Below are positions 1 through 10,714 of a DNA stretch of 64,000 nt, piece by piece. The position numbers and the translations under genes are program-made. The first letter of the stretch is position 1. Each line of letters opens with the position of its first letter. The DNA is from an uncultured Muribaculaceae bacterium (GTDB taxonomy: Bacteria > Bacteroidota > Bacteroidia > Bacteroidales > Muribaculaceae): contig CAQFOZ010000002.1 of the NCBI GenBank assembly GCA_948788915.1, positions 11,407-75,406 on the forward strand, in the 5' to 3' direction. Under the pieces are notes generated by a model, which saw nothing but the letters and a program-made list of their open reading frames with translations, searched no databases and was not told the DNA's origin.

Positions 1-271
1 TTGTTGTTCCGGCAATCTTGCCGGAAAGCTTTGTGTTATCGCCATAGCCGTCATCATTTGAATTTACAGTGACAGCGGAAGACAGTTTGCCGTTACCCCA
101 GTCTACCTGGACTTTAAGGCCGTTAGTGGCGGACATGTCAAAATTGTAATCGGTGCCAACGGCAGCCTGATCAAAAGTAAAATTAAATAGAGCAACCTGC
201 TCTGCCGAAGCCGACGATGCTGAAAAACCAAGCATTGCGGCAACAATGGAGTAAGTAAATAATTTCTTCAT
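1..271 (-). CDS. 5' part of a secreted protein, truncated at the window edge
   Basis: Manual translation from ATG at 271: MKKLFTYSIVAAMLGFSASSASA|EQVALFNFTF...VQVDWGNG..., open to base 1. Sec-type signal peptide; VDWGxG is common in Bacteroidales surface proteins. Not in the ORF track. Confidence 0.75.
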   Translation of the reverse strand, partial: MKKLFTYSIVAAMLGFSASSASAEQVALFNFTFDQAAVGTDYNFDMSATNGLKVQVDWGNGKLSSAVTVNSNDDGYGDNTKLSGKIAGTT

Positions 272-435
272 AAAAACAAGTTTAAGTAACTTCAATCGCC
301 AAATTTAAGTAATCTAATTTAGAAACCATTTAATTTTATTACGATTTTTCGTAAAATAGTTCTAAATTGGAATCTTTACCCGCAAATAATTAAAGAATTT
401 TTTCTTTAATAGGCTTTTTATTTAAAAATTTTGAT

Positions 436-443
436 TAATTTTG
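436..443 (+). promoter_or_regulatory. Bacteroidetes sigma-A -7 element upstream of pckA
   Basis: TAATTTTG matches TAnnTTTG. Confidence 0.5.
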
Positions 444-649
444 CGATACGGATTACCTTGCTTTAGCAACAATTGCATCCTCAATCCTAATTAACCGAAA
501 TGAATGTTAACTTTCGCCTCCGGTGGTGAAAGATTTTAAATAAAAAGTGTTTATAATTAAAGGCATACTATAGAGTTTATTTTAACACGCTATCAGCAAA
601 GAATCACAAAAGAACTTTAAAAACAAACCCAAATAAATATCTAAGATTT

Positions 650-2254
650 ATGGCAACATTAGATCTGTCCCAGTATGGGATCAAGGATGTGACAAAAATT
701 ATTCACAATCCGTCTTACGAAGAGTTATACAAGGATGAGACAAACCCGGCTCTCGAAGGTTATGAAAAAGGCGTGGAAACAGACCTTGGTGCAGTAGATG
801 TATTCACAGGCGTTTACACAGGTCGTTCACCTAAGGACAAATACCTTGTAAAAGACGAAGTAACAGAAGACACCGTATGGTGGACAACTGACGGATACAA
901 GAACGACAACAAACCGATCTCTACTGAGGTATGGGATCAGCTTCGCGAGAAGGCCGTAAAAGAGCTTAGCGATAAGACTCTCTATGTTGTCGACTGCTTC
1001 TGCGGTGCCAACGAGGCAACACGTCTTAACGTTCGATTCATCATGGAGGTTGCATGGCAGGCACATTTCGTGACAAACATGTTCATCCGTCCTTCAAAAG
1101 AGGAGCTCGAAAACTTCAAGCCCGACTTCGTTGTGTTCAACGCATCAAAAGCAAAATGCGAGAACTATAAAGAACTGGGTCTCCACTCAGAGACAGTTGT
1201 GGCATTCAACATCAAACAGCGCGAGCAGGTAATCATCAACACTTGGTATGGCGGTGAGATGAAGAAAGGTATGTTCTCAATGATGAACTACTTCAATCCT
1301 CTCCGTGGCATCGCATCTATGCACTGCTCTGCCAACACCAACATGGACGAAACCTCTTCAGCAATCTTCTTCGGTCTGTCCGGAACAGGCAAGACCACAC
1401 TTTCAACCGATCCGAAACGTAAACTTATCGGTGATGACGAGCACGGTTGGGACAATGACGGTGTGTTCAACTACGAAGGCGGCTGCTACGCCAAGGTTAT
1501 CAACCTGTCAAAAGAAAACGAGCCCGATATCTACGGTGCCATCAAACGCGACGCTCTTCTCGAGAATGTTACAGTGGAAGCTGACGGCAAATGTGACTTC
1601 GCTGACAAGAGTGTAACAGAGAACACCCGTGTATCCTATCCTATCTATCATATAGAGAACATCGTTAAGCCCGTATCAAAGGGTCCGGCTGCAAAACAGG
1701 TAATCTTCCTTAGCGCTGACGCATTTGGAGTACTTCCTCCTGTAGCCATCCTCAACAACGAGCAGGCAAAATATTACTTCCTCAGTGGCTTCACCGCAAA
1801 ACTTGCAGGAACAGAGCGTGGCATCACAGAGCCGACTCCTACATTCTCCGCATGTTTCGGTCAGGCATTCCTTTCACTGCATCCTACAAAATATGCAGAG
1901 GAACTTGAGAAGAAGATGAGTGCAAACGGTGCCAAAGCATATCTTGTGAACACAGGCTGGAACGGTACAGGCAAGCGTATCTCAATTCCTGACACACGCG
2001 GTATCATCGACGACATCCTGAACGGTGACATCGAAAAAGCTCCTACAAAGGTTCTTCCTTACTTCGATTTCGTTATTCCTACAGAGCTTCCAGGTGTAAA
2101 CCCAGCTATCCTTGATCCACGCGACACATATGCAGATCCTAAGGAATGGGATGAGAAGGCAAAGAAACTTGCTGAGATGTTTATCAACAACTTCAAGAAG
2201 TTTGAGACAAACGCTGCCGGCAAGGCTCTCGTAGCAGCAGGTCCAAAACTCTGA
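650..2254 (+). CDS. pckA: Phosphoenolpyruvate carboxykinase (ATP)
   Basis: [28 protein letters not shown]-loop, IGDDEHGW. Confidence 0.98.
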   Translation: MATLDLSQYGIKDVTKIIHNPSYEELYKDETNPALEGYEKGVETDLGAVDVFTGVYTGRSPKDKYLVKDEVTEDTVWWTTDGYKNDNKPISTEVWDQLREKAVKELSDKTLYVVDCFCGANEATRLNVRFIMEVAWQAHFVTNMFIRPSKEELENFKPDFVVFNASKAKCENYKELGLHSETVVAFNIKQREQVIINTWYGGEMKKGMFSMMNYFNPLRGIASMHCSANTNMDETSSAIFFGLSGTGKTTLSTDPKRKLIGDDEHGWDNDGVFNYEGGCYAKVINLSKENEPDIYGAIKRDALLENVTVEADGKCDFADKSVTENTRVSYPIYHIENIVKPVSKGPAAKQVIFLSADAFGVLPPVAILNNEQAKYYFLSGFTAKLAGTERGITEPTPTFSACFGQAFLSLHPTKYAEELEKKMSANGAKAYLVNTGWNGTGKRISIPDTRGIIDDILNGDIEKAPTKVLPYFDFVIPTELPGVNPAILDPRDTYADPKEWDEKAKKLAEMFINNFKKFETNAAGKALVAAGPKL

Positions 2255-2276
2255 TAATCTACTAATTATCAAATAT

Positions 2277-2315
2277 AATAAGAGGTACTTCTTCAAGAGT
2301 GCCTCTTATTTTTTT
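2277..2315 (+). terminator. Intrinsic terminator of pckA
   Basis: ATAAGAGGTAC...GTGCCTCTTAT hairpin followed by a T run. Confidence 0.8.
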
Positions 2316-2377
2316 ACTCCAATTCCCTCGAATTAAGATTTTTTATTATAACTTTAAAGACTAAGAAACTGTCATCT

Positions 2378-3868
2378 ATGGACATAACCGGCGAGAACAT
2401 ATTGCTTCTAAGTTCATTCCTGTTGATTGCAGGAGTAATGATAGGGAAATCAAGTTACAGGACAGGTCTTCCGCTGTTGCTGGTTTTCCTGCTTGTCGGT
2501 ATGTTTTTTGGCATTGACGGTCTGGGTGTCCATTTCAACGATATGCACACAGCACAATTCATAGGCATGATAGCCCTGTGTGTAATATTGTTCAGCGGTG
2601 GTCTCAGCACGAATTTCAAATCAATACGCCCGGTGATCGGTCCGGGACTTACACTTGCCACAGCAGGAGTAATCATAACCGCATTGCTGACAGGTCTATT
2701 TATTTTCTGGTTATCGGGAGTCAAATGGACAAACATACATTTCCCTCTTATTTCCTCTTTATTGCTCGCAGCCACAATGTCCTCCACAGATTCGGCATCG
2801 GTATTCGGCATCCTTGGCGGCCAGAATATCAGACTGCGACAGAATTTGCGTCCGATGCTTGAACTGGAAAGCGGTTCTAACGATCCGATGGCATATATGC
2901 TTACGATACTGCTGATCGGATGTGTCTCGCTTGAAGATTCTCTTTCAGCCGGTTCAATTGCCGTTCAGCTGATACTTCAGTTTGGTGTCGGAAGCGGGCT
3001 TGGTGCCGTCTTGGGATGGGCGGGGAGCCGATTGGCCGTCTTTTACACCAGAATCGGCAAGGGTAGAAAAGAGGACAGCGGACAGACCACGGCTATGATC
3101 TCTATTCTTCTTGTCGCGCTTGTGTTCCTGACGTTCACACTCACCTCATTGTGTCAGGGCAACGGCTACCTGGCAGTATATATATGCGGAATGGTTATAG
3201 GAAACTCAAAGATTCCGTTCAAATCGAGCGTCACAAAATTTATGGACGGCATAACCTGGCTTGCACAAATAGTTGTGTTTATCATGCTCGGACTACTTGT
3301 AAATCCACATGAAATGCTTGTTGTGGCACCGGTATCCATCCTTATCGGGGCATTCATGATAATAATAGGGCGCCCTGCCGGTGTTTTCCTGTGTCTGGCT
3401 CCTTTCCGGAAGATTACAAATAAAGCCCGGTTATTTGTGTCTTGGGTAGGTCTCAGAGGTGCGGTACCGATAATATTCGCGACATATCCCGTAATCGCCG
3501 ACGTGCCCGGCGCATCGCAAATTTTTAATATCGTTTTCTTTGTCACGATCCTCTCTCTTGTCGTGCAGGGAACGACAATAATATCTGTGGCACGAAAGCT
3601 GGATCTCATAGATACAGACAGTACTCATGTCGAACCATTCGGAGTAGAATTATCCGATGAGCACACAGCCTCCCTGCAGACGATGATATTGACACAAGAG
3701 GATTTAGCCGAAGGAAATACCCTGAAGGATATGCAGCTTCCGGAAGGCACACTGGTCATGATGATTCGCAGAGACGGCAAATATATAATACCCAACGGCA
3801 AACGCCGTCTTTCTCCCGGAGACACGCTTCTGCTGATTAAAGAGACCGATTGCCAGTCCGTTTCCTGA
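2378..3868 (+). CDS. cvrA: K+/H+ antiporter (CvrA/NhaP2-like) with C-terminal TrkA-C domain
   Basis: SSTDSASVF, LELESGSNDPMA, WVGLRGAVPI; C-terminal RCK-C-like segment. Confidence 0.88.
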   Translation: MDITGENILLLSSFLLIAGVMIGKSSYRTGLPLLLVFLLVGMFFGIDGLGVHFNDMHTAQFIGMIALCVILFSGGLSTNFKSIRPVIGPGLTLATAGVIITALLTGLFIFWLSGVKWTNIHFPLISSLLLAATMSSTDSASVFGILGGQNIRLRQNLRPMLELESGSNDPMAYMLTILLIGCVSLEDSLSAGSIAVQLILQFGVGSGLGAVLGWAGSRLAVFYTRIGKGRKEDSGQTTAMISILLVALVFLTFTLTSLCQGNGYLAVYICGMVIGNSKIPFKSSVTKFMDGITWLAQIVVFIMLGLLVNPHEMLVVAPVSILIGAFMIIIGRPAGVFLCLAPFRKITNKARLFVSWVGLRGAVPIIFATYPVIADVPGASQIFNIVFFVTILSLVVQGTTIISVARKLDLIDTDSTHVEPFGVELSDEHTASLQTMILTQEDLAEGNTLKDMQLPEGTLVMMIRRDGKYIIPNGKRRLSPGDTLLLIKETDCQSVS

Positions 3869-3994
3869 ACGACTCAGGCACATATGAAACATACTCTTAG
3901 AATGCGTTTGCAAGAATTCAAATAAATAATTAATTTTGTGGGAGGTTGAACGCATTTACGTTTGACCGGACATAATTAAAAAAGCGTTTCTGTT

Positions 3995-4245
3995 TTATCC
4001 TTGATTCGAAAATCGCCAAATTTTTAATGAAGAGGGAGAAGCAGTCATAAACGCTCATGCTTGTCGCGTATCCGCTCCCCGGCAAGAGGTGTATATCGAT
4101 ATCCGATAAGGCGTGGGAGCGGACTGTTTATTTCTTCAAGGCGTTTGGCGATACCCCGAATCAGATAACCAGTGGTATACCGTCCTACGCTTTTTTCTGT
4201 ATAATTACCAGGACTAATTACCAACAGCCATGTGAGGGACGGACA
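3995..4245 (+). promoter_or_regulatory. Putative structured 5' leader / attenuator RNA
   Basis: Nested inverted repeats: ATCGCCAAA/TTTGGCGAT, TGATTCG/CGAATCA, TCCGCTCCC/GGGAGCGGA; alternative pairing to CCGTCCTACGC followed by T6. Confidence 0.5.
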
Positions 4246-4260
4246 AGGCTTCACTCTTTT

Positions 4261-6354
4261 ATGAACCAATCCAATTTATCCCAATGGCGTCAATCGACTA
4301 ATTTAATTTTCTGGGGAATCCTTATTCTCAGTCTGTGCGGCTGGATTGCAAGTTTTTTAGGATATTTCACCGGTGTTGCAGACATTATTGACGGATTCTA
4401 TTCTGCGGCAAGCCAAATAAGCGGTAACCCTAAGGAATCAATGCCATTTGTTTCCGGATTCTACACTGCCTACTATTTGTTTCAGACAATCACTCTGGCA
4501 GGCTGGGCAATGTATCTCGCCGGCCTCAGTAAATTCAGATCCGTTCAACCGACAGAAAATACCCGGAGATTTACCGGACGCCTGAATACGGCATGCTGGC
4601 TGGGAGTGGCAGCAATTGTAATCGGACTTATCAACGGAATGATGAACTGGATCTTCATGATCCTGTTTATGGTTATCGGCTGGGTCCTGACATTGATCTC
4701 ATACATAAAGTTCATGAATGCGTTCGGTGAATTGAAACACTGCGAAGAATGGAACGGACACGCACAAAGCGGAGCCGGAAAGCTGCGCTTGTCGGCAAGC
4801 CTTAACATCTGGCTTATTTTCTGGCCTGTGATCTGTCTCGCCGTTGCGCTTATTATCGGAGGATCGGCATGGCAACATGCGAAATATATTTACAGCAATG
4901 CCGGTGAGTACGTGTTTGCAAATGGCATTGGCGGAATCTTCGACACCATGGAGAATTACAAAGGAATTGCTATCGCGTCCGCCATTATTCTCGGACTCTC
5001 CGGACTCGTGTTGTCAATAGCGCAATTCATTCTGAGGCTTACGGGATGGCGTACAATTCACAACGGATTTATCCGCGAGGAATCTTATGAAAGCGCACAC
5101 ACTGCACCCGTAACATCTCCGGACGGTTTCTGTCACAGATGCGGCACCCCACTTGAAAGAGATGCCTCATTCTGCCATGTATGCGGTGAACGGACAGTCG
5201 TGTCCTCTACGGGACAAAATATTCCGGACAGTACTGAAACGCCCGCGTCCTGTGAACCGGACAACAGCCCCGAGGGGGATGAAGAATCGGAACCGACCGA
5301 TAACAAAAAGAAAATAATACTCTGGTGCGGCATAGCGGGTGGAGCAATTTTACTTTTGGCTCTTGTATGGTTCGCTTTTATTAAGCCAAGATTAGATGAA
5401 GCCAACGCCAAGACCGCATATGTGTATTTATGGTCAACAATTATTTATGAGTCGACAAACGGTGATGAGGGAATAAATGAACTGGCAACCCCGAAGTTTG
5501 GCGAATGGGTGAATATCATACATGCCGATTACAAAAGCGGCTGGGGAAAGGTTGCCTATGAAACTGCTTCGGGAGAAAATGTGGCAGGATATTGCAGGCT
5601 GAACGACCTTGCTGATTTCATGCATTTCACCGCCCTGAAACAGGCCGGATTCGACAAGGAATATGTGCAGGGTGCCATTCAGGCGCAAAGTCAGCGCAAA
5701 GCGGTGATGGAGTATTTTAATCTCAACAGCAACGACTCCATTAAAAGTGTCTCGGAAAACCCCGAAGGGGTATGTGCTTATGCCACCTTGGTTGACGGAG
5801 AAGAGGTCTTTGCCTTTATCGTTGGTAAAAAGTATGATGCCGACGAACTGGTTGTCTATAAATTCAACGAAAATAAAGAGCCGGAAGAACTTTCGCGAGA
5901 GAAAGCACCTGAGGACGCGTCTGGAATCAAAGACATAAACGGAGATGTCGACAACATCAATGTAACTTATCTCTACACTAAAGACCCGGCATATTCTGTA
6001 ACCGGTACAGACAGTGAACCTGTCTATGCAGGTCAGGAATCCAACGAGCCGGAAAGTGCAGAGAGCCTGAATGTCTACAAAGGAACCATTAACAACAAGT
6101 ATGCCATTGAAATGACTCTGAATACGGATGGTGGCGCATACTATTCAGGGGAGTATTTCTACACGAAGAACAAAACACCGATACAGCTCAGAGGCCGGCT
6201 TATCGACGATTATGAACATCTTGTGCTCGAAGAATACGTAGGATTGAACAAAACCGGATCATTCAACGGCATATTGACCCGTTACGGGTATTCAGGAACC
6301 TGGACAAGCAGCGACGGCAACACAAGCTATCCTTTCAGTGTATCCAGACATTAA
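4261..6354 (+). CDS. Multi-TM membrane protein with zinc ribbon and extracytoplasmic C-terminal domains
   Basis: Several TM helices, FCHRCG...FCHVCG double CxxC, a further TM, then soluble domains. Start at 4261 preferred over 4057, which lies in the structured leader. Confidence 0.75.
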   Translation: MNQSNLSQWRQSTNLIFWGILILSLCGWIASFLGYFTGVADIIDGFYSAASQISGNPKESMPFVSGFYTAYYLFQTITLAGWAMYLAGLSKFRSVQPTENTRRFTGRLNTACWLGVAAIVIGLINGMMNWIFMILFMVIGWVLTLISYIKFMNAFGELKHCEEWNGHAQSGAGKLRLSASLNIWLIFWPVICLAVALIIGGSAWQHAKYIYSNAGEYVFANGIGGIFDTMENYKGIAIASAIILGLSGLVLSIAQFILRLTGWRTIHNGFIREESYESAHTAPVTSPDGFCHRCGTPLERDASFCHVCGERTVVSSTGQNIPDSTETPASCEPDNSPEGDEESEPTDNKKKIILWCGIAGGAILLLALVWFAFIKPRLDEANAKTAYVYLWSTIIYESTNGDEGINELATPKFGEWVNIIHADYKSGWGKVAYETASGENVAGYCRLNDLADFMHFTALKQAGFDKEYVQGAIQAQSQRKAVMEYFNLNSNDSIKSVSENPEGVCAYATLVDGEEVFAFIVGKKYDADELVVYKFNENKEPEELSREKAPEDASGIKDINGDVDNINVTYLYTKDPAYSVTGTDSEPVYAGQESNEPESAESLNVYKGTINNKYAIEMTLNTDGGAYYSGEYFYTKNKTPIQLRGRLIDDYEHLVLEEYVGLNKTGSFNGILTRYGYSGTWTSSDGNTSYPFSVSRH

Positions 6355-6368
6355 TTCAAAAAACTCTT

Positions 6369-7466
6369 ATGAAACGTCTTTCTATTTTATTTGTGGCAAT
6401 AGCTGCGGCATCTGCACTATACGCAGATGTAAAAATACCTTTTAATGTGCCCGATCCCACTTGGGAGCTGCTTGCAACAGCAAAGGAGGGATGTGCGCCA
6501 CTGATCTTTATGAGCCCCAATGCATCGTCTAAAAACCTTGTTGTCTGGGAAGGTCCGGAAGAAAGCACCTATCGCTGGGAATCTCCGTCGATGTACCTCA
6601 ACGAGGGGGAAAGAAAGTTTACCATAGCTACATATAATGTATTCCCTGTAAAATCTTTTGACCAATATTGGGCTAATCTTGAGTTCATCAGACCTGAAGA
6701 CAACTATTCAGGGTGGACGCAATCTTCGGAATTACGACAGGTGAAGACTTGGAAGCTTACAGAGCAGGATGTCATAAACTCGGACTTCGCTCTTGCATGG
6801 AAACATGGAAGTGATATGTATGTTATTGTCGAGGGAGGCGGTGGATGGCCCTGGACTTATCAGGAATATTTTGTGGGCAAGTTAAAAGACGGCTATGTGG
6901 TTTGTCCCTATATTTGCATTGTAGATATTGACTATGATTCTCCTCATCCGGGAATACTGAACGGGAAACTGGGCAGCGAAAACAGTCTTGGGAAGTTTAC
7001 GGCAAAAGAGGTGGATTATATATTATCGAATGCGGAAAAAACAAAAGAGCAAATGCTTGTGATGTTTGGATACATTGACAATGACGGGGAGAAAAGGGAC
7101 ACATGGCTTATGACTGAACTTGTCAGTGCCGGAAAAGACGTTTCCGATAATAATGATGTTTACTCGACACCTGAGCAAATGCCGGAATACCCGGGAGGGC
7201 TAAACGGATTGATGCGACATATAGGCAGCAACCTCCGATATCCTGCATCCGCTCAGGAAAACAGGATACAAGGAAAGGTAGTGGTCAATATCGTTGTTGA
7301 GAAAAACGGTTCGGTCACAATTCTTGGAACAAGCGGAGCCAATAATCCTGATTTAGTAAAGGAGGCGAAACGGGTGGTAGCCACACTTTCCGGATTCACT
7401 CCGGGAAAAATGAACGGCAAACCTGTGCGTGTAAAAATGAGTCTGCCAATAAATTTCAGACTCTAA
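6369..7466 (+). CDS. Secreted protein with C-terminal TonB_C domain
   Basis: Signal peptide; C-terminal EQMPEYPGG...NLRYPASAQENRIQGKVVV...PGKMNGKPVRV..LPINFRL. Confidence 0.85.
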   Translation: MKRLSILFVAIAAASALYADVKIPFNVPDPTWELLATAKEGCAPLIFMSPNASSKNLVVWEGPEESTYRWESPSMYLNEGERKFTIATYNVFPVKSFDQYWANLEFIRPEDNYSGWTQSSELRQVKTWKLTEQDVINSDFALAWKHGSDMYVIVEGGGGWPWTYQEYFVGKLKDGYVVCPYICIVDIDYDSPHPGILNGKLGSENSLGKFTAKEVDYILSNAEKTKEQMLVMFGYIDNDGEKRDTWLMTELVSAGKDVSDNNDVYSTPEQMPEYPGGLNGLMRHIGSNLRYPASAQENRIQGKVVVNIVVEKNGSVTILGTSGANNPDLVKEAKRVVATLSGFTPGKMNGKPVRVKMSLPINFRL

Positions 7467-7486
7467 AAACACTCCATCAATACGAA

Positions 7487-7530
7487 TAAAAAGTCGGATC
7501 ACCGACATTCTCCGTGTCAGTGATCCGACT
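7487..7530. terminator. Terminator between convergent genes
   Basis: AGTCGGATCAC...GTGATCCGACT stem, A run on the left (U tract for the minus strand). Confidence 0.7.
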
Positions 7531-7550
7531 GTATCATTATCCGGTATAAG

Positions 7551-8189
7551 TTATTCTATATAAGTGGTATCCTCCTGTGCGACGGGACTTACGGCGGCTG
7601 GATCATAAATTTCCGCCACAGATGCCGTATCCTCGTCTTCAACAACAGTCGCCGTGTCTTTCTCGGCCACAGAGGTCTCATCATAATTCAGATAATTGAA
7701 AATTGCCTCTTCCTGAACTTTGTCTCTGTTTAAAATGGGATTATCTTCGTCATATTCCCCGCTACCTGTAGACATGTTGAGTTCTCCGCTATTAAGCGTC
7801 GTTATCATCATAAGCAGCCCCAGCACAAAGAAAAGCACACAGACAGTAGAAAGCAGCTTGTCAATCCCAAGCATAACGACAGGCGGCTTTTCTTCTGCGG
7901 TGTGACCGTTTTCTAAGCCGGATTTTGAATATCTCGCCAACAGCGCGCAAATGGACAGAAAACTCCATGCGAGCCATAACCCGCCGAGCGTGTAGAATGT
8001 GGCAAATCCGACTTCCGGGCCAAGAAGTCCCACTTGCCCGAGGAGAACACCGGTTATGCCAAGTGTCGCCACGCCCCATGCCATAAAAGTACGCAAAACA
8101 TCGCGTCGACTCTCCTTACCGTTAAAATTCTTAAAATCGCGGAAAAACGGCGATATGAAATACCTTTCGTAAAATCCTCTATGTATCAT
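7551..8189 (-). CDS. Membrane protein, DUF805-like N-terminus
   Basis: FKNFNGKESRRD followed by three TM helices and an acidic tail. Confidence 0.55.
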   Translation of the reverse strand: MIHRGFYERYFISPFFRDFKNFNGKESRRDVLRTFMAWGVATLGITGVLLGQVGLLGPEVGFATFYTLGGLWLAWSFLSICALLARYSKSGLENGHTAEEKPPVVMLGIDKLLSTVCVLFFVLGLLMMITTLNSGELNMSTGSGEYDEDNPILNRDKVQEEAIFNYLNYDETSVAEKDTATVVEDEDTASVAEIYDPAAVSPVAQEDTTYIE

Positions 8190-8206
8190 AAGTCCTTAGT
8201 TTCAAG

Positions 8207-9004
8207 TTATACGGAATATTGATCGAGACCATGTTCACACCTGATCAACGACTTGTCGCGATGACTGTAAGCCATGGCATGATTGGCAGAACTTCTGTCC
8301 ATCGGTGCTTCCCGATGCCACAAATGATATGCCAATGCGCAGAATTTGAGATAACGTTTTCCTACACCCGCATTTCTTAGACGGAAAGAGATATCAAGAT
8401 CTTCACCCCCCCAACCGCTGAAATCCTCGTCATAACCGTTTACTGCAACAAGATCCTTTTTATAGAAAGACATGTTGCATCCCAGAACATTGTCTCGGTT
8501 TTTACGATATCTTGGTGCAAGATACACAGCAAGATTGGAGAAGCGCAATGCATTGGGACGCTTGGCCTCTATGCCGGAAGACAAAAAGTGTATCCACGGA
8601 ATCTTCCCCGACTCACATATCTGTTTCGAGCGGCAACTGTCGAGTTGCACACGTCCTCCCTTCAGGAAATGGCCGGGACGGGCATTTCGCAAATGATCGG
8701 CAACAAACATCGGATGCAGGAAGATATCTCCGTCTATCTGGATAATATAATCCCCTACAGCAGCAGCAATACATTTATTCCGGATCATGGCCAGCCTGAA
8801 ACCCAAATCGGGCTGCCATATATATTTGAGAGTAACGGGAAAATCTTTCTGGAACCTCTCGACAACCATGCGGGTTTCTTCTGTTGATCCGTCGTCCCCC
8901 ACAATTACCTCATCAGGATAAACCGCGAGATTGCGGACACTTTCAAGACAAACCGCCAATGCGTCCGGACGATTATAGGTAGATATTATCAAAGAGCATG
9001 TCAT
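8207..9004 (-). CDS. Glycosyltransferase family 2
   Basis: STYN, DDGS, IDGD, NGYDEDFSGWGGED. Confidence 0.92.
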   Translation of the reverse strand: MTCSLIISTYNRPDALAVCLESVRNLAVYPDEVIVGDDGSTEETRMVVERFQKDFPVTLKYIWQPDLGFRLAMIRNKCIAAAVGDYIIQIDGDIFLHPMFVADHLRNARPGHFLKGGRVQLDSCRSKQICESGKIPWIHFLSSGIEAKRPNALRFSNLAVYLAPRYRKNRDNVLGCNMSFYKKDLVAVNGYDEDFSGWGGEDLDISFRLRNAGVGKRYLKFCALAYHLWHREAPMDRSSANHAMAYSHRDKSLIRCEHGLDQYSV

Positions 9005-9027
9005 ATCTTGTCAGTAATGAAGCTGTT

Positions 9028-9882
9028 TTAATTTATTTTCGAGGAATCTTGAGAGTTTATCAGTCCTGTTTCCACATAAGTGATACGGTTTTCCTTTGCC
9101 TTCCGCAACAATTCCGCATTTTCGGGCCAGTTCCAGTCAAGACGATCGTGGCAACGATGCAGCATTAGCGCATAATGGGACGCTTTTACATGGTGAATTC
9201 CGGCATTTTCAAGACGAACATCCAAATCGCAATCCTCCCCTGTTCCGGCATGCACATAGCGCTCATCAAATCCGTTTACTTTCTCAAAATCATCACGATA
9301 TAAGCCAAAATTGGCACCAAGTATCCCCTGAGTCTTTATTCCGATTGGTTTTCCGCATAACCAGGGAAATCTCCATGTACGACGCAGTTGTGCGCATGTC
9401 TGCGAAAATTTATTTCTGAACATCCCTGACAGCATTAACCTGCGCGCCTGCGAGAAATAATTCTTCGGCAATCTTTCAAGGCTTTCAAGCCATCCGCTCA
9501 CCTCCTTCGATGTTTCTACACGTCGTCCGCCTGTCACTATTCCATGACGGGCCAGTCTGACATGATCTTCCACAAACCGGGGATGCGGTATGCAGTCGCC
9601 GTCTATGAATATCAGATACTCGCCTGACGAACGTCTCACTGCTGAATTGAGAGCCTTGTTCTTACGCCATCCTTCATCTGCATGCCATGAATGTATAATA
9701 TGTATCTCCGGATGAGATTCGATATAATCGCGCAAAGCATCGATATTGTCCTTAGAGGAACCGTCATCGGCAACTATAACTTCAAAATCAGTGAAAGTCT
9801 GTTGCCGAAGGGCATCCAAAATCAGACGCAACCACTCGAAATGGTTATAAACAGATATAATTACTGTCGCACTTTTTTTCAT
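9028..9882 (-). CDS. Glycosyltransferase family 2
   Basis: ISVYN, ADDGS, FIDGDC, NGFDE...GED; ATG at 9882 preferred. Confidence 0.9.
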   Translation of the reverse strand: MKKSATVIISVYNHFEWLRLILDALRQQTFTDFEVIVADDGSSKDNIDALRDYIESHPEIHIIHSWHADEGWRKNKALNSAVRRSSGEYLIFIDGDCIPHPRFVEDHVRLARHGIVTGGRRVETSKEVSGWLESLERLPKNYFSQARRLMLSGMFRNKFSQTCAQLRRTWRFPWLCGKPIGIKTQGILGANFGLYRDDFEKVNGFDERYVHAGTGEDCDLDVRLENAGIHHVKASHYALMLHRCHDRLDWNWPENAELLRKAKENRITYVETGLINSQDSSKIN

Positions 9883-9889
9883 CTTTATT

Positions 9890-10714
9890 TCATTGCAATG
9901 CCGTATATTCCTTGACAACTCTTTCTCCCCATTTATCCTCTATCGTACGTATATTGGCAATATCAGCATATTGCGGATAGCTGCACTTTGAGGTCAGTCT
10001 ACTGAAATGGTGATGATAAATGCCTCCTACCACCGACAGCGGACGTACATCCCCAGATTCTTTGGAACGCTGTAAAGAGCGCATATACAAATCAAAATCC
10101 GCACCTTGCTGTGTTTCGTCCCACCTTCCAATAAGATCAATGCCTTTCCGGGTCATTACCACCGCGCTACCTGCAAATCCGGGTTTGAGACTTAGGCCAT
10201 CCCTGTCCCAAAGATTATCACAGAATCTTTGAAAATTACCGTATGTGAGTTTCATCATAAGCTTTAAGGTCCATTCCTTTGCCTTGAATATAGAAATCAG
10301 CGGATATTTCACTCTCTTGAACCGTCGGTTTATCTTTTTGGCTTCATTCAGATCAAGCATGTTGTCGTTGGATGACAAAGTAACCGCCTCATAACCGTCC
10401 TTCCCAAGAATCTCAAGCAACCTCATATCCCAACTGTCCGACAACATTATATCGTTATTGAAAAATGCCAGCACATCTCCTCTGGCAGCATCGATACCCT
10501 GATTCTGACAATGTGGATAAGAATAATTGGCATCGTTACGTATAACCCTGACATTCTCTCCCGCCTGCTCAAAAAATTCAAGAGAGCCGTCTGTCGAACC
10601 ATTATCAATTATTATAAGCTCCCATTCCGAACGGGTGCTCTTGCGAATCGATTCCAGATAAAGCCTGTTCATAGGCAACTGATTATATATGGCCGTGATT
10701 ATCGATATCATCAT
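9890..10714 (-). CDS. Glycosyltransferase family 2
   Basis: ITAIYN, IDNGSTDGS, NND. Confidence 0.88.
   Translation of the reverse strand: MMISIITAIYNQLPMNRLYLESIRKSTRSEWELIIIDNGSTDGSLEFFEQAGENVRVIRNDANYSYPHCQNQGIDAARGDVLAFFNNDIMLSDSWDMRLLEILGKDGYEAVTLSSNDNMLDLNEAKKINRRFKRVKYPLISIFKAKEWTLKLMMKLTYGNFQRFCDNLWDRDGLSLKPGFAGSAVVMTRKGIDLIGRWDETQQGADFDLYMRSLQRSKESGDVRPLSVVGGIYHHHFSRLTSKCSYPQYADIANIRTIEDKWGERVVKEYTALQ

Noticed and set aside
4057..4260. N-terminal extension of the zinc-ribbon ORF
   Set aside because: It overlaps the structured leader and ATG 4261 fits the protein better; a regulatory leader-translation role is not excluded
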